64,000 nucleotides of DNA from Aulosira sp. ZfuVER01 (GCA_034530615.2 JAVRCV020000036.1:32001-96000); one strand, 5' to 3'; positions 20,876 to 31,315 are shown, counted from the first letter of the stretch. The notes: generated by a model not told the origin, from the sequence alone. Numbers and translations: made by a program.

Positions 20876-21937
20876 ATGACAACTGACAATTTTTTCTTGC
20901 GTAATGTTTGGTATTACGCTTTGCCAAGCGATCGCTTAAAACCCGGTAAGATGCTTGCTCGGACTTTCTTGGGAGAACCAGTACTGCTGTGTCGTAACCG
21001 AGAGGGTAAAGCATTTGCTTTAAAGGATATTTGTCCTCATCGGGCTGTACCTTTAAGTTGCGGTCAATTTGATGGGCAGGAAGTAGAATGCTGTTACCAC
21101 GGTTGGCGTTTTAACCATGCGGGACGTTGCACCGCGATTCCCTCTCTAGTAGAAGGGCACGATGTAGATTTAAATCGCTACAATGTAGAATCCTACGAGA
21201 TTCGCGAAACCCAAGGTAATATCTGGATATTTATGCCAGAACCGGGTAAATCTAAGTCTCCTGCCTCAGCAATGGAAATTCCAGAAATTCCAGAGATTCC
21301 TGGCTTTGGCGATCGCCCGCCGCAGTTAGTGGAAGTGATGCGGTTTCCCTGCTTTATCGATCATGCAGTCTTAGGCTTGATGGACCCTGCCCATTCACCT
21401 TACGTTCATCGGGTATGGTGGTGGCGTTCTGGACAACTCCATGACGAAATCAAGCAATTTGATTCTTCACCTTACGGGTTTACCATGCGTAAACACCAAT
21501 TACCAGCCAATACAGGTGCAGCTTATAAGTTCATCGGCGGCGGAATTCCCGAAATAGAGATTTCGTTTCGGATACCGGGAGTAAGGGTAGAAAACATCAC
21601 AACTGCCAAGCATCAAGTTGCCAACCTGACAGCAATTACACCAATTTCGGAAACAGAATGCGAAGTTAATTTTGCGTTTTATTGGACAGTACCTTGGGCA
21701 GGATTTGCCAAGCCGTTGATCCGTGTATTAACACGGGCTTTTTTAGGACAAGACCGCACAGTAGTTGAAAAGCAGCAGATTGGCTTGAAATACGATCCAG
21801 TGCTGCGGCTGATTAAAGATTCAGATGTGCAGGCGCAATGGTATTACCAGTTAAAGCGAGAATATGCGCGTTCAATCGCTGAAGGTCGTCCATTTGTCAA
21901 CCCAGTGAAGAGTCAAGTATTGCACTGGCGGGCTTGA
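20876..21937 (+). CDS. Rieske non-heme iron oxygenase alpha subunit
   Basis: CPHR...CCYHGW Rieske motif; DPAHSPYVH iron-binding motif; QD near C-terminus. Confidence 0.92.
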   Translation: MTTDNFFLRNVWYYALPSDRLKPGKMLARTFLGEPVLLCRNREGKAFALKDICPHRAVPLSCGQFDGQEVECCYHGWRFNHAGRCTAIPSLVEGHDVDLNRYNVESYEIRETQGNIWIFMPEPGKSKSPASAMEIPEIPEIPGFGDRPPQLVEVMRFPCFIDHAVLGLMDPAHSPYVHRVWWWRSGQLHDEIKQFDSSPYGFTMRKHQLPANTGAAYKFIGGGIPEIEISFRIPGVRVENITTAKHQVANLTAITPISETECEVNFAFYWTVPWAGFAKPLIRVLTRAFLGQDRTVVEKQQIGLKYDPVLRLIKDSDVQAQWYYQLKREYARSIAEGRPFVNPVKSQVLHWRA

Positions 21938-21997
21938 TAGAGGCTTCCCTATTGCAATCTGCTAGCGAATGGTAGGTTTACAATTTGATTGCATCGG

Positions 21998-22170
21998 CTT
22001 GCATTGTTAATGCATTGGCTTGTTATGCCAATGCATCGGTCTGTTATGTTAATACGTTGGTCTGTTATGCCAATACGTCGGCTTGTTATGCTAATACGTC
22101 GGTTTGTTATGCCAATACGTCGGTCTGTTATGCCAATACGTCGGTCTGTTATGTTAATACGGCAGCTTGC
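21998..22170. repeat. 21-bp minisatellite, about 8 units (consensus TGTTATGCCAATACGTCGGTC)
   Basis: Directly visible; VCYANTS periodicity in ORF track. Confidence 0.92.
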
Positions 22171-22401
22171 AAAATTAACCTGAGAACTTGAATCGGTAGT
22201 GCATTAGGCGTTTCCCCATAACGCACCTAATATCTCTGGAGACTACACCCTGAGTTACTCAGCCTGGCATTTGTTGAAGAATAGGAGCGATCGCCTAAGA
22301 TTCTCTATAGGGGCAAATTCTATAGCAGTCACAAATCATTTGTGAGAAACTACAAATGTCAAATTACAAATGATAGCATACTAAAATTAGTCTAAATATC
22401 T

Positions 22402-23754
22402 ATGAATATATCTAATTATCAACGTGCTAATACTCTTAAAAAAGCCTTCCAAGTGTGTACTTTAGAACCCTTGGAAGGTGAAGACATTGAAAAATATTAT
22501 GTTGATTTATCAGCAGTACGTAAAACTTCAGCCGTTGAGAGCGTTAGTACAATTTTAGACTTTCAAGAACCAGCAGATTTTAGAACGATTTTATTTACTG
22601 GACATCGGGGTTGTGGCAAAAGCACTGAGCTAAAACGCATTCAAAAGCTTTGGAACGAAAGTTATCATGTAATTTATTTAGAAGTAAATGAAGAAACCGA
22701 TATTAACGATGCCAGTTATACGGATTTATATTTAATCGTTATCAAGCAAGTAGAATTTGAACTAAGAAAATTAGGTTTACAATTTGACGAAAAACTCTTA
22801 CATAACTTTGAAGAATGGTTTAAGGATATTACTAAAGAAACTGAAGAAAGTGTTGAAAAATCGGTCAGCATTGAGGGAGAAGCAACACTGAAACCCGAAG
22901 CACCATTTATTGCTAAATTAATGGTCAAATTGCTGGCACAAATTAAAGGTTCTGATAAACAAAAAACGACGATTCGCCAAACTTTAGAAAAAGACTTGTC
23001 TCGCTTAAAAGCAGATATTAATTTATTGCTAGGTGATGCTTACGTTAAACTCAGGAAAAAATATCCAGATTATAAAGGACTACTAATTATATTTGACAAC
23101 ATGGATAGGGTTCCGCCTGCGGTTGCTAACCATTTATTTTTTGACTATGCGGCTCAGTTGCAAGAATTGAACTGTACCATTATTTATACAGTCCCAATTT
23201 CTATTCTATGTTCACCTAAAAACCCCTTGGCTTTGTTTAATGGTAATCCCCATATAGTGCCAATGGTGAATATATACGAATTAGACAGGGATAGTTGCCA
23301 TTTAAATTGCAATCAAGCTGGACTAGACGCAACAGCAAGCTTAATTGAAAAGCGCGTAGATATTGATGCTGTTTTTGAATCTCGCCAAGAATTGCTAGAA
23401 TTAGCCAAAGCTAGTGGTGGCCATGTTCGCCAATTGATGCAAATGATGCAAATTGCTTGTCAAACTGCTAGTACACACAAGCATCCTAAAATTACGGCTG
23501 AAGATGTCACCTATGCTATCAAGCAGCAGCAATTTAATTTTGAAAGGTTTATACCTGAAGAACATTATCATTATTTAGCCCAAGTATGTATCACCAAAGA
23601 TGTGAGTAAAGATGATATTGGTCAGTTAATGTTATTTAACACTTCAGTTTTAGAATACAACGGCAATAAAAGGTGGAATTACCCCAATCCAGTGGTAAAG
23701 CAAAATGAATTCTTCCAAAAAGCACTTGAATCAGCACTCGCAGGAAAATCATAA
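22402..23754 (+). CDS. P-loop (AAA+/STAND-like) ATPase
   Basis: Walker A GHRGCGKS, Walker B LIIFDNMDR, SGGHVR sensor-like motif. Confidence 0.88.
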   Translation: MNISNYQRANTLKKAFQVCTLEPLEGEDIEKYYVDLSAVRKTSAVESVSTILDFQEPADFRTILFTGHRGCGKSTELKRIQKLWNESYHVIYLEVNEETDINDASYTDLYLIVIKQVEFELRKLGLQFDEKLLHNFEEWFKDITKETEESVEKSVSIEGEATLKPEAPFIAKLMVKLLAQIKGSDKQKTTIRQTLEKDLSRLKADINLLLGDAYVKLRKKYPDYKGLLIIFDNMDRVPPAVANHLFFDYAAQLQELNCTIIYTVPISILCSPKNPLALFNGNPHIVPMVNIYELDRDSCHLNCNQAGLDATASLIEKRVDIDAVFESRQELLELAKASGGHVRQLMQMMQIACQTASTHKHPKITAEDVTYAIKQQQFNFERFIPEEHYHYLAQVCITKDVSKDDIGQLMLFNTSVLEYNGNKRWNYPNPVVKQNEFFQKALESALAGKS

Positions 23755-25642
23755 CGCCGAACTTGGGCAGTTTATTACACTGAATCAAGATATATTTGCT
23801 GAATTACTCACTTTTATCGACTTTGCCGAAAAATTTACACTGGGTTTTGTAGAAGTTAATTTTCCCCCAGATGCAGACTTATTAATTGCAGCTTTGCGAA
23901 CTCACCCGGAATGTGAACAGATTCAGTTTTGTGTTCTCAACTTCCCCGAAGAAAACTTGCGTTTTCTTCGGGATGAGATTGTCAAAGAATTAGCGAATAT
24001 TCAAGTAGACGCAAACAAGAAATTAGTTTTAGTTGTGCGGGGACTAGCAAAATCTATTGGCGTATATGGCGAATATCCCCCAATTTTACAAGACTTGAAT
24101 TTTGTACGCGATGCTTATAAAAGAACTGTTCCCCATCCAATATTATTTATTCTTCCAGATTATGCCATTACTCGCCTAGCTAAATTCGCCCCAGATTTTT
24201 GGGCTTGGAGTTCTGGAGTATTTCGGTTTAAAACACCAGAAAATACTAAAGAAAATGCGTTAAGCCAAGCTCAAAATACAGAAAGTATTGTAGATAGATT
24301 ACCACCGCCCGAAAAGCAAGAACGGATAGATTTATTAGAGCGTCTGTTGATGGAATATAAACCCACAGGCTATTCTATGCCAAAGGGAGATATCCGCAGA
24401 TATAGTAATGTTTTACATCAGTTAGGAGTGGCTTATCTCAGTCACAGAAAGCCAGAGAAAGCGAGGGAATATTTATCAGAAGCCGAAAAAATCGCTGAGA
24501 ATTTCAAAGATAGTAGCTTTCAAATTGAAGTTATCAACTCTTTGGGAAATACTTATTCTCAGCAAAGACAATTTGAGACAGCAATTACTTATTATCAACA
24601 AGCATTAAATATTGCCCAAAAGCTCAAAAATAAGCAAGAGGAAGCTACGTCTTTGTTTTATTTGGGTAATGCTTACTTAGAATTGAGACAATTTGCACAA
24701 GCTAATGAATATTACCAGCAGTGTTTAAAGATCGAGCAAGAGCTAGGCGATCGCTATTCTCACGCCTCTACCTACGGACAGTTGGGAATGCTTGCCCAAC
24801 AATTACGGGAATATGAGGAGGCACGGCACAATTACCAAGAGGCTTTAGCTATTTTTAGCGAATATGGCGATCGCTATAACCAAGCCAACATCTACCACAA
24901 CTTGGGAATAGTTGCCCAAGATTTGCAGGAATATGAGGAGGCACTGCGCAATTATCAGCAAGCTTTAGCTATTTGTATCGAATATGGCGATCGCTATAAC
25001 CAAGCCAGCACTTACTATCATTTGGGAATACTCGCCCAACAATTGCAGGAATATGAAGAGGCGCGGCGCAATTATCAACAAGCTTTAGCTATTTGTATCG
25101 AATATGGCGATCGCTATAACCAAGCTCGCATCTACCACGAGTTGGGAAGAGTTACCCAAAAATTGCGGGAATATGAGGAGGCGCGGCGCAATTATCAACA
25201 AGCTTTGGCTATTTGTCTAGAATATGGCGACTATTATAACCCAGCCCGCACATATTACCAGTTGGGAATGCTTGCCCAACAATTGCAGGAATATGAGGAG
25301 GCACGGCGTAATTACCAACAGGCTTTAGCTATAAAAATCGAATATGGCGATCGCTCTTCTCAAGCCAGCATCTACCACAACTTGGGAAGAGTTGCCCAAA
25401 AATTGCAGGAATATGAGGAAGCACGGTGCAATTATCAACAAGCTTTGACTATTTTGATCGAAGATGGCAGTCGCTATTCCCAAGCCAGCACTTACGGGCA
25501 ATTAGGATTGCTTGCAGAAGCGGAGAAAAACTTCCCAGAGGCGAGGGCGAATTTGCAGACAGCGTTGGCGATATATGTTGAGTATAAAGATGAATATTGG
25601 GCGGCGGTGGCGCGGGGAATTTTAGAGAGATTACCAGAGTGA
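23705..25642 (+). CDS. TPR-repeat protein with N-terminal APDFW-type domain
   Basis: LNFVRD...FAPDFWAW N-terminal domain; about 10 TPR-like repeats (YHNLG..AQ..QEYEEARRNYQQAL); overlaps ATPase gene by 50 nt. Confidence 0.9.
   Translation: MNSSKKHLNQHSQENHNAELGQFITLNQDIFAELLTFIDFAEKFTLGFVEVNFPPDADLLIAALRTHPECEQIQFCVLNFPEENLRFLRDEIVKELANIQVDANKKLVLVVRGLAKSIGVYGEYPPILQDLNFVRDAYKRTVPHPILFILPDYAITRLAKFAPDFWAWSSGVFRFKTPENTKENALSQAQNTESIVDRLPPPEKQERIDLLERLLMEYKPTGYSMPKGDIRRYSNVLHQLGVAYLSHRKPEKAREYLSEAEKIAENFKDSSFQIEVINSLGNTYSQQRQFETAITYYQQALNIAQKLKNKQEEATSLFYLGNAYLELRQFAQANEYYQQCLKIEQELGDRYSHASTYGQLGMLAQQLREYEEARHNYQEALAIFSEYGDRYNQANIYHNLGIVAQDLQEYEEALRNYQQALAICIEYGDRYNQASTYYHLGILAQQLQEYEEARRNYQQALAICIEYGDRYNQARIYHELGRVTQKLREYEEARRNYQQALAICLEYGDYYNPARTYYQLGMLAQQLQEYEEARRNYQQALAIKIEYGDRSSQASIYHNLGRVAQKLQEYEEARCNYQQALTILIEDGSRYSQASTYGQLGLLAEAEKNFPEARANLQTALAIYVEYKDEYWAAVARGILERLPE
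24740..25520 (+). repeat. 120-bp intragenic tandem repeat (6-7 units) encoding 40-aa TPRs
   Basis: HIP1 at exactly 24747, 24867, 24987, 25107 and 25347; degenerate at 25227 and 25467. Confidence 0.92.
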
Positions 25643-25684
25643 TGGGGAAATAGTGAAGGGCGATTATAATTTGTACTCTATCTA

Positions 25685-25978
25685 CTATTCTTCTGATCTG
25701 GAAGTGATTTGTTGTGAACCGTGGATAACAGCCAGAACTTCTATTTGCTCAGGTTTGATGTAGTAAATAATTCTATATGAACCTTCAATAACTTCACGAA
25801 TTTGCTCTGTTTGAAATTCTGGCACAATTCGACCTGATAAAGGAAAATTAGCAATCTGTTCTGAACGCCTCGTTAGTCGATCAACTACTCTAGCCGCATA
25901 TTGCGGTGAATTTTGGGCAATGTATGTATAAATTGCTGAAAGATTCTCTACGGCTGTTTCTGTCCAATAAACTTTCAC
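25685..25978 (-). CDS. RelE/ParE family toxin
   Basis: MKVYWTETAVENLSAIYTYIAQNSP, FPLSGRIVPE, YRIIY, VLAVIH. Confidence 0.9.
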   Translation of the reverse strand: MKVYWTETAVENLSAIYTYIAQNSPQYAARVVDRLTRRSEQIANFPLSGRIVPEFQTEQIREVIEGSYRIIYYIKPEQIEVLAVIHGSQQITSRSEE

Positions 25979-26163
25979 TCAGGTAGACCAAATTTTGCTC
26001 TAACTTCTTGCACAGAAGTCAGTCTACCAGCCTGACTGTCAGCCAGTCCAGCTTCTACAACTTGCCTGACGTAAATCTCGTACATCAAATCATCCCATGT
26101 AAAATTGTCTGGCAATCTCTCAATCAATTTTTTGGCTTCTTCTTTGATGTTTAGCTTTTCCAT
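25975..26163 (-). CDS. Putative antitoxin
   Basis: Small ORF overlapping toxin start by 4 nt; LPDNFTWDDLMYEIYVRQ..EAGLAD...GR. Confidence 0.85.
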   Translation of the reverse strand: MEKLNIKEEAKKLIERLPDNFTWDDLMYEIYVRQVVEAGLADSQAGRLTSVQEVRAKFGLPE

Positions 26164-26250
26164 AGATTTTCTCAAAACTGGCTCTATTACTTGATTGTAA
26201 GCTGAAATTAAATGTCTTAACTCTTCTGGCTAGAGTTTAAGCGCAACTAA

Positions 26251-26874
26251 TCAGCGACTCATTACAAAAATCTGTTCAGCCGTTAAAGGAATGTTCGGAA
26301 ACAATTTAGAATCAATTCGATCCTCTCCTCGAAACACCTTTGGGGGTAAATACTCTGCATCTTCAAGTTGGTAGATTGTAATTGTCGGCTGCTTGGGTGA
26401 GCCAATGAAGCGAATGCCACCAAAAGCAGCATAGTCCACAATGATGTACTCTAAAACCCCCAAGTCCTCATATTCAGCCAGTTTTGTTAGGTAGTCGTCC
26501 TTCCAATTGTTACTAACGACTTCAATAATTCCGGGTGGTGGAATATATGCAGCAGCAGAACTAGAAATAGTTTTCATCCGCTGCCATTCTTCCCTAGCAA
26601 ATATGACAATATTGGCTTTGCGGCTTTTTTCCTTTTCTCCTGGCGCTATCTTAAGCCGCACCTGCTTGGACTGTCGCGACACGTAAGGTAGGTCATTTTC
26701 TTGGCAGTGATTTTCAAGGTAGGCACACAGCCTCTGGATCAAATCCTCATGATTTGCATTTGGTTCTAATAATGGCACAGGAATTCCATCCAATAGCTCA
26801 AACTCTCTGCCTGAACCATCATCCCAGGCAAGAAACTCTTCAAAAGTCAGTGGTTGTGTGACGGTTGCGTACAT
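26251..26874 (-). CDS. Uma2 family PD-(D/E)XK endonuclease-like protein
   Basis: LTFEEFL, FELLDG, IEVVS, DYLTKLAEYEDLGVLEYIIVD; start moved to MYATV. Confidence 0.9.
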   Translation of the reverse strand: MYATVTQPLTFEEFLAWDDGSGREFELLDGIPVPLLEPNANHEDLIQRLCAYLENHCQENDLPYVSRQSKQVRLKIAPGEKEKSRKANIVIFAREEWQRMKTISSSAAAYIPPPGIIEVVSNNWKDDYLTKLAEYEDLGVLEYIIVDYAAFGGIRFIGSPKQPTITIYQLEDAEYLPPKVFRGEDRIDSKLFPNIPLTAEQIFVMSR

Positions 26875-27101
26875 CGCCCTCGCTCCATTGCTGACGGGTA
26901 CTTCACTCAATGCTATCAAGATGTACTGACAATGGGCATTGGGCATGGGGTATTGGGCATTGGCTTCGACTTCGCTCAGCCACCAGGGCATGGATTTTCA
27001 TGCTTGGTTGTGGGATTTTCTCGTGATTGACTGACTTAAAAGACACTTTTTGTTGATATATTCCCAGCAGTTGATACAAAATAGCTGGGTGTTCTCAATT
27101 T

Positions 27102-28295
27102 ATGAACAACGCAGGTAAAACGCCTGTCTCATTAGGGCTGTTGGGTGCAGCTGCTTTTATGGTAATTGCTGATGTGCGGGTAATTGACCCACTTTTGCAC
27201 ATCATCGCTGACGAGTTTAAAGTTGGTGTCGGTAGTGCGGCGATTATTGTCAGCGCTTACACAATTCCTTATGGGCTATTTCAATTAGTCTACGGCCCCT
27301 TGGGCGATCGCATTGGCAAACTCAAGGTAATTACAGCCGCACTAGCAGCCTTTGCTGTAGGTACTGCGGCTTGTGCTTTTGTGCCAAATATCATTCTCCT
27401 AACTTTACTGCGATTTCTCACAGGCATGGTAGCGGCGGGAATTATCCCCGTTACCCTTGCTTATATTGGTGACAATTTCCCCTACGAACAACGCCAAGCT
27501 GCTATTGGCAAATATCTGAGTGCGCTGGTATTGGGGCAAATTCTCGGTGGTAGTTTGGGCGGTATTTTTGGAGAATATGTTAGCTGGCGAGATATCTTTT
27601 TAGTATTTGGGGTTGTGTCCATGATTATCGCGATCGCATTGTGGCGGAAGATGGGCAAACTGAGCAATACGCATCATTCACAAATTCCCTTTGGTTGGGC
27701 AACATTTCGGCCTTATTTCCAACTTATAACGCAACCAGTCGCTCGGACTGTAATTATCGGCGTATTTATTGAAGGCTTTTGTTTGTTTGGGGGATTTGCT
27801 TATGTGGGTGCATTCCTCAGAGACAGATATAACTTGCCCTATGTAGCAATCGGCTTTATGCTGAGTGGTTTTGGCTTAGGTGGATTGATTTACAGCCGTT
27901 CTGTCAAGTGGTTAGTAAGGAGATTAGGAGAACGCGGCTTGATGGGGGTTGGTGGGGTATTTATGTGTATTTCTTTTTTAGCGATCGCATTATTGCAGAA
28001 TTGGGTGCTGTTTATTCCCTTCAATATTCTCATGGGATTAGGCTTTTACATGATGCACAGCACACTCCAGACGCAAGCGACAGAACTTGCGCCAGAAGCG
28101 CGAGGTACAGCGGTGTCGCTATTTGCATTTAACTTATTTATCGGCCAGGGAATTGGTGCGGCGGCATTTGGCAGAATTGTGGATAATTACGGCTATCTTC
28201 CTTGTTTTATTATCACGGGAATTGCGATCGCCTTGCTTTCCTTGTGGTTAGTAAAAGAAGGCAGGAGGCAGATGTCAGATGGCAGAAGGGAATAA
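27102..28295 (+). CDS. MFS transporter
   Basis: About 12 hydrophobic segments; GPLGDRIGK motif A. Confidence 0.92.
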   Translation: MNNAGKTPVSLGLLGAAAFMVIADVRVIDPLLHIIADEFKVGVGSAAIIVSAYTIPYGLFQLVYGPLGDRIGKLKVITAALAAFAVGTAACAFVPNIILLTLLRFLTGMVAAGIIPVTLAYIGDNFPYEQRQAAIGKYLSALVLGQILGGSLGGIFGEYVSWRDIFLVFGVVSMIIAIALWRKMGKLSNTHHSQIPFGWATFRPYFQLITQPVARTVIIGVFIEGFCLFGGFAYVGAFLRDRYNLPYVAIGFMLSGFGLGGLIYSRSVKWLVRRLGERGLMGVGGVFMCISFLAIALLQNWVLFIPFNILMGLGFYMMHSTLQTQATELAPEARGTAVSLFAFNLFIGQGIGAAAFGRIVDNYGYLPCFIITGIAIALLSLWLVKEGRRQMSDGRRE

Positions 28296-28498
28296 GCTTT
28301 CTTACATAACTTTTTTAACCTTCGTGTCAAGCAGAAGCAGCGTATTGAATTCTAATAAACTGTAATTTGTCATTTGCCATTGGTCATTTGTCATTTGTTC
28401 TTCTTCCCCTCATCTCCTCGTTGTCCTCCTTGTCCTCCTTGTCCCCCCACACTCCCCACACTCCCCACCCTCCCTTGTCGTTCTGCCTTCTACTTACC

Positions 28499-29317
28499 AT
28501 GCCCAGAGTTCACGTTAATGGAATCGATTTATTCTATGACATTAAAGGAACAGGTGAGCCTTTATTATTAATTGCAGGCTTCTTGTGCGATCATACCTAC
28601 TGGTCATTACTGATGCCTTCACTTGTGAAGCAGTATCAAGTCATTCGCTTAGATAACCGCGGCTTTGGGCGAACATCTGCCCCCGATAGTCCCTACAGTA
28701 TTCAGCAGATGGCGACTGATACAGCAGAACTGCTTGAGCGCATTGACATCAAAAAGGTACATTTAGCAGGGCATTCAATGGGTGGGCTAATTGCTCAAGA
28801 ACTAGCATTAGCACACCCAGAAAAAGTACAAAGTCTAATACTACTCTCATCCTTGGCAAAGGGTGATGCTCTATTCAATAGTATTATTGCCACTTGGGGT
28901 GAACTCCCCGCCAATATCGACCAGAAACTTTACCAACAAGTTATATTGCCCTGGATATTTAGCGATAACTTCTACTCAATTCCGGGGATGATTGACATGA
29001 TAGTGAAGATGGCGGTTAATTACCCATTTCCGCCAACCCCTTATGGATTGTTTCATCAAAGCCGCGCTATCCTTGGTTGCGATACTAGCAAACGCCTCAA
29101 TAATATTCAGTGTCCTACTTTAGTTATGGTAGGTAAACAAGATATTCTCACTCCGGTAAAGTTTTCTGAACAATTAGCCCAAGGTATTCCCAACGCTGAA
29201 CTCGTTGTTCTTGACCGTGGTGGTCATGGCTTCTTGATTGAATCACCGGAGGCTGTCGCTTCAGCAATGCTTAAATTTCTCTCCGGTCTTCCGAAAAATG
29301 GGATGTCTTTGATGTAG
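28499..29317 (+). CDS. Alpha/beta fold hydrolase
   Basis: DNRGFG, GHSMGG nucleophile, GKQD, GGHG; start moved to MPRVH. Confidence 0.92.
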   Translation: MPRVHVNGIDLFYDIKGTGEPLLLIAGFLCDHTYWSLLMPSLVKQYQVIRLDNRGFGRTSAPDSPYSIQQMATDTAELLERIDIKKVHLAGHSMGGLIAQELALAHPEKVQSLILLSSLAKGDALFNSIIATWGELPANIDQKLYQQVILPWIFSDNFYSIPGMIDMIVKMAVNYPFPPTPYGLFHQSRAILGCDTSKRLNNIQCPTLVMVGKQDILTPVKFSEQLAQGIPNAELVVLDRGGHGFLIESPEAVASAMLKFLSGLPKNGMSLM

Positions 29318-29359
29318 CAACATAACAGAAGCATACATTAGCATCTCAACTTATTATTT

Positions 29360-29746
29360 ATGAAATCTGCTCCCCTAGCCTTAGCTGTTATTATTGGTGC
29401 GCTTACTGTCTCCCAGAGTGCTTATGCTAACCAAAAGAATTCTCCGACTGCTACAAGCAATCAAGCTGCTGTTTTAGCCACAAAACCAGTCACGCTGACT
29501 AGTAGATGGAGTTATAGTATTAACCGCAATAATGGTTTTAAAGCAACTAATAATTCAATTGCACTAGACCAAAGCGGAGAATGCAAAATTCCTAAACCGT
29601 TTGAGATTCTGAAAAACCCGAGTATTTTTTTTAAGCCATGTCAGCAGCCAACAAATCAACAAACTGCACAACTAGCTGAACCAATTGAATATTTAAAAGT
29701 TCCTCGTCTCGATTCTGGTATTAAAGTAACTGTTTCTAAATTTTAA
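29360..29746 (+). CDS. Hypothetical secreted protein
   Basis: Signal peptide ending SAYA; no recognised domain. Confidence 0.65.
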   Translation: MKSAPLALAVIIGALTVSQSAYANQKNSPTATSNQAAVLATKPVTLTSRWSYSINRNNGFKATNNSIALDQSGECKIPKPFEILKNPSIFFKPCQQPTNQQTAQLAEPIEYLKVPRLDSGIKVTVSKF

Positions 29747-29781
29747 AAGGTAACAGGAATGTATATCTTAGATGTAGTAAT

Positions 29782-29813
29782 GTAGGGTGTGTTGTCGCGT
29801 AGCGCAACGCACC
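29782..29813. repeat. GTAG-type REP-like palindrome (inverted partner at about 29950-29981)
   Basis: GTAGGGTGTGTTGTCGCGTAGCGCAACGCACC versus GGTGCGTTAGGCTACGCCATAACACACCCTAC. Confidence 0.7.
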
Positions 29814-29998
29814 ATCAACAATTCAATGTGCTGTTTCTAAATTTTAAAAGTGACAGGAAATAGAGAATAGGCAACAGTAATTGATATATAACAATCTGAT
29901 TTAATTTTTATACAATTCTAAGTAGAATAACTCACCAATAAAAGCTTTTGGTGCGTTAGGCTACGCCATAACACACCCTACTTCTCTAATAAGAAATG

Positions 29999-31207
29999 CT
30001 AAATTACCGCTGCGGTTGCTTTTAAGGCAAAAATTCTTTCGATGACATCTTCTACTACCTTATCGGGGGTAGAAGCACCAGAAGTAATCCCCACAACTAT
30101 CTTACCTTCAGGTAGCCAGTTATCTTGGGTGACTATATCCCCAGTTAATTGACGATGTTCAATGGATTTTGCTGATTTGATGCGCTCAACACAATCAATG
30201 TGATAAGAAGGAATTCCTCGCTCAAAAGCTATCTGTTGCAATTGGGTAGTATTGGATGAATTAAACCCACCAATTACAATCATCAAATCTAAATTTTGTT
30301 GCACTAAGTCCAACATTGCATCTTGACGTTCTTGGGTAGCATCACAGATTGTGTTGAAGCTTTGGAAATGTTGATTGATTTCAGTGGGTCCATACTTCTG
30401 CATCATTGTCCGTTCAAACAACTTGCCAATTTGTTCGGTTTCGCCTTTGAGCATTGTTGTTTGGTTAGCAATACCCACTCTTTCTAAGTCTTTATCGGGG
30501 TCAAATCCGGCGGAACAAGCTTTAGCAAATTTCTTTAAGAACTCCTCGCGATCGCCACCATTAAGAATATAGTTGCTAACATATTCTGCTTCCCGCATAT
30601 TCAGCACAATTAGATATTTACCAGCAAAGGAACTGGTGGCAACAGTTTCTTCGTGCTTGTATTTACCGTGGATAATTGAGGTGTAATCGACTTTCTTGTG
30701 CTTCTCAACTGTATTCCAAACTTTCGACACCCAAGGACAAGTTGTATCGACAATTTTGCAGCCTTTATCATGGAGAACCTGCATTTCCTGAACGCTGGCT
30801 CCAAAGGCAGGTAAGATGACTACATCTTCGTTTTCAACTACAGAAAAGTCTTTTATCCCTGCATTAACAGGGATAAATTTAACCTCCATCTCCTGCATAC
30901 GTTGATTCACAGAGGGATTGTGAATAATCTCATTTGTAATCCAAATGCGATCGCTTGGGAAGTGTTGACGGGTTTCATAAGCCATTGCTACTGCACGTTC
31001 CACACCCCAGCAGAAGCCAAAAGCTTGCGCTAACCGAATTGTCACCTCACCTTGTTCTAAGGTGTAGTTGCGATCGCGAATTTGTTGGATTAAGCTACTT
31101 TGATATTCAGACTGTAACTGTGTAGCAACCTCTGCTTGATGACCAAAGCCTTTGCGATTATAGTTTTCCGAGTGTTGCAGGGTACGCTTAAAAGCTTTTG
31201 TATCCAT
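29999..31207 (-). CDS. ispH: 4-hydroxy-3-methylbut-2-enyl diphosphate reductase
   Basis: [53 protein letters not shown]. Confidence 0.98.
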   Translation of the reverse strand: MDTKAFKRTLQHSENYNRKGFGHQAEVATQLQSEYQSSLIQQIRDRNYTLEQGEVTIRLAQAFGFCWGVERAVAMAYETRQHFPSDRIWITNEIIHNPSVNQRMQEMEVKFIPVNAGIKDFSVVENEDVVILPAFGASVQEMQVLHDKGCKIVDTTCPWVSKVWNTVEKHKKVDYTSIIHGKYKHEETVATSSFAGKYLIVLNMREAEYVSNYILNGGDREEFLKKFAKACSAGFDPDKDLERVGIANQTTMLKGETEQIGKLFERTMMQKYGPTEINQHFQSFNTICDATQERQDAMLDLVQQNLDLMIVIGGFNSSNTTQLQQIAFERGIPSYHIDCVERIKSAKSIEHRQLTGDIVTQDNWLPEGKIVVGITSGASTPDKVVEDVIERIFALKATAAVI

Positions 31208-31315
31208 TAGATTGTTTTAGATTAGTTCACCATCTCTCATTTTCTCGCGTTAAGTGTCATTGGTCATTTGTCATTAGTTATTTCTCCCTCATTCCCCTTG
31301 TCCCCCTTGTCTCCC

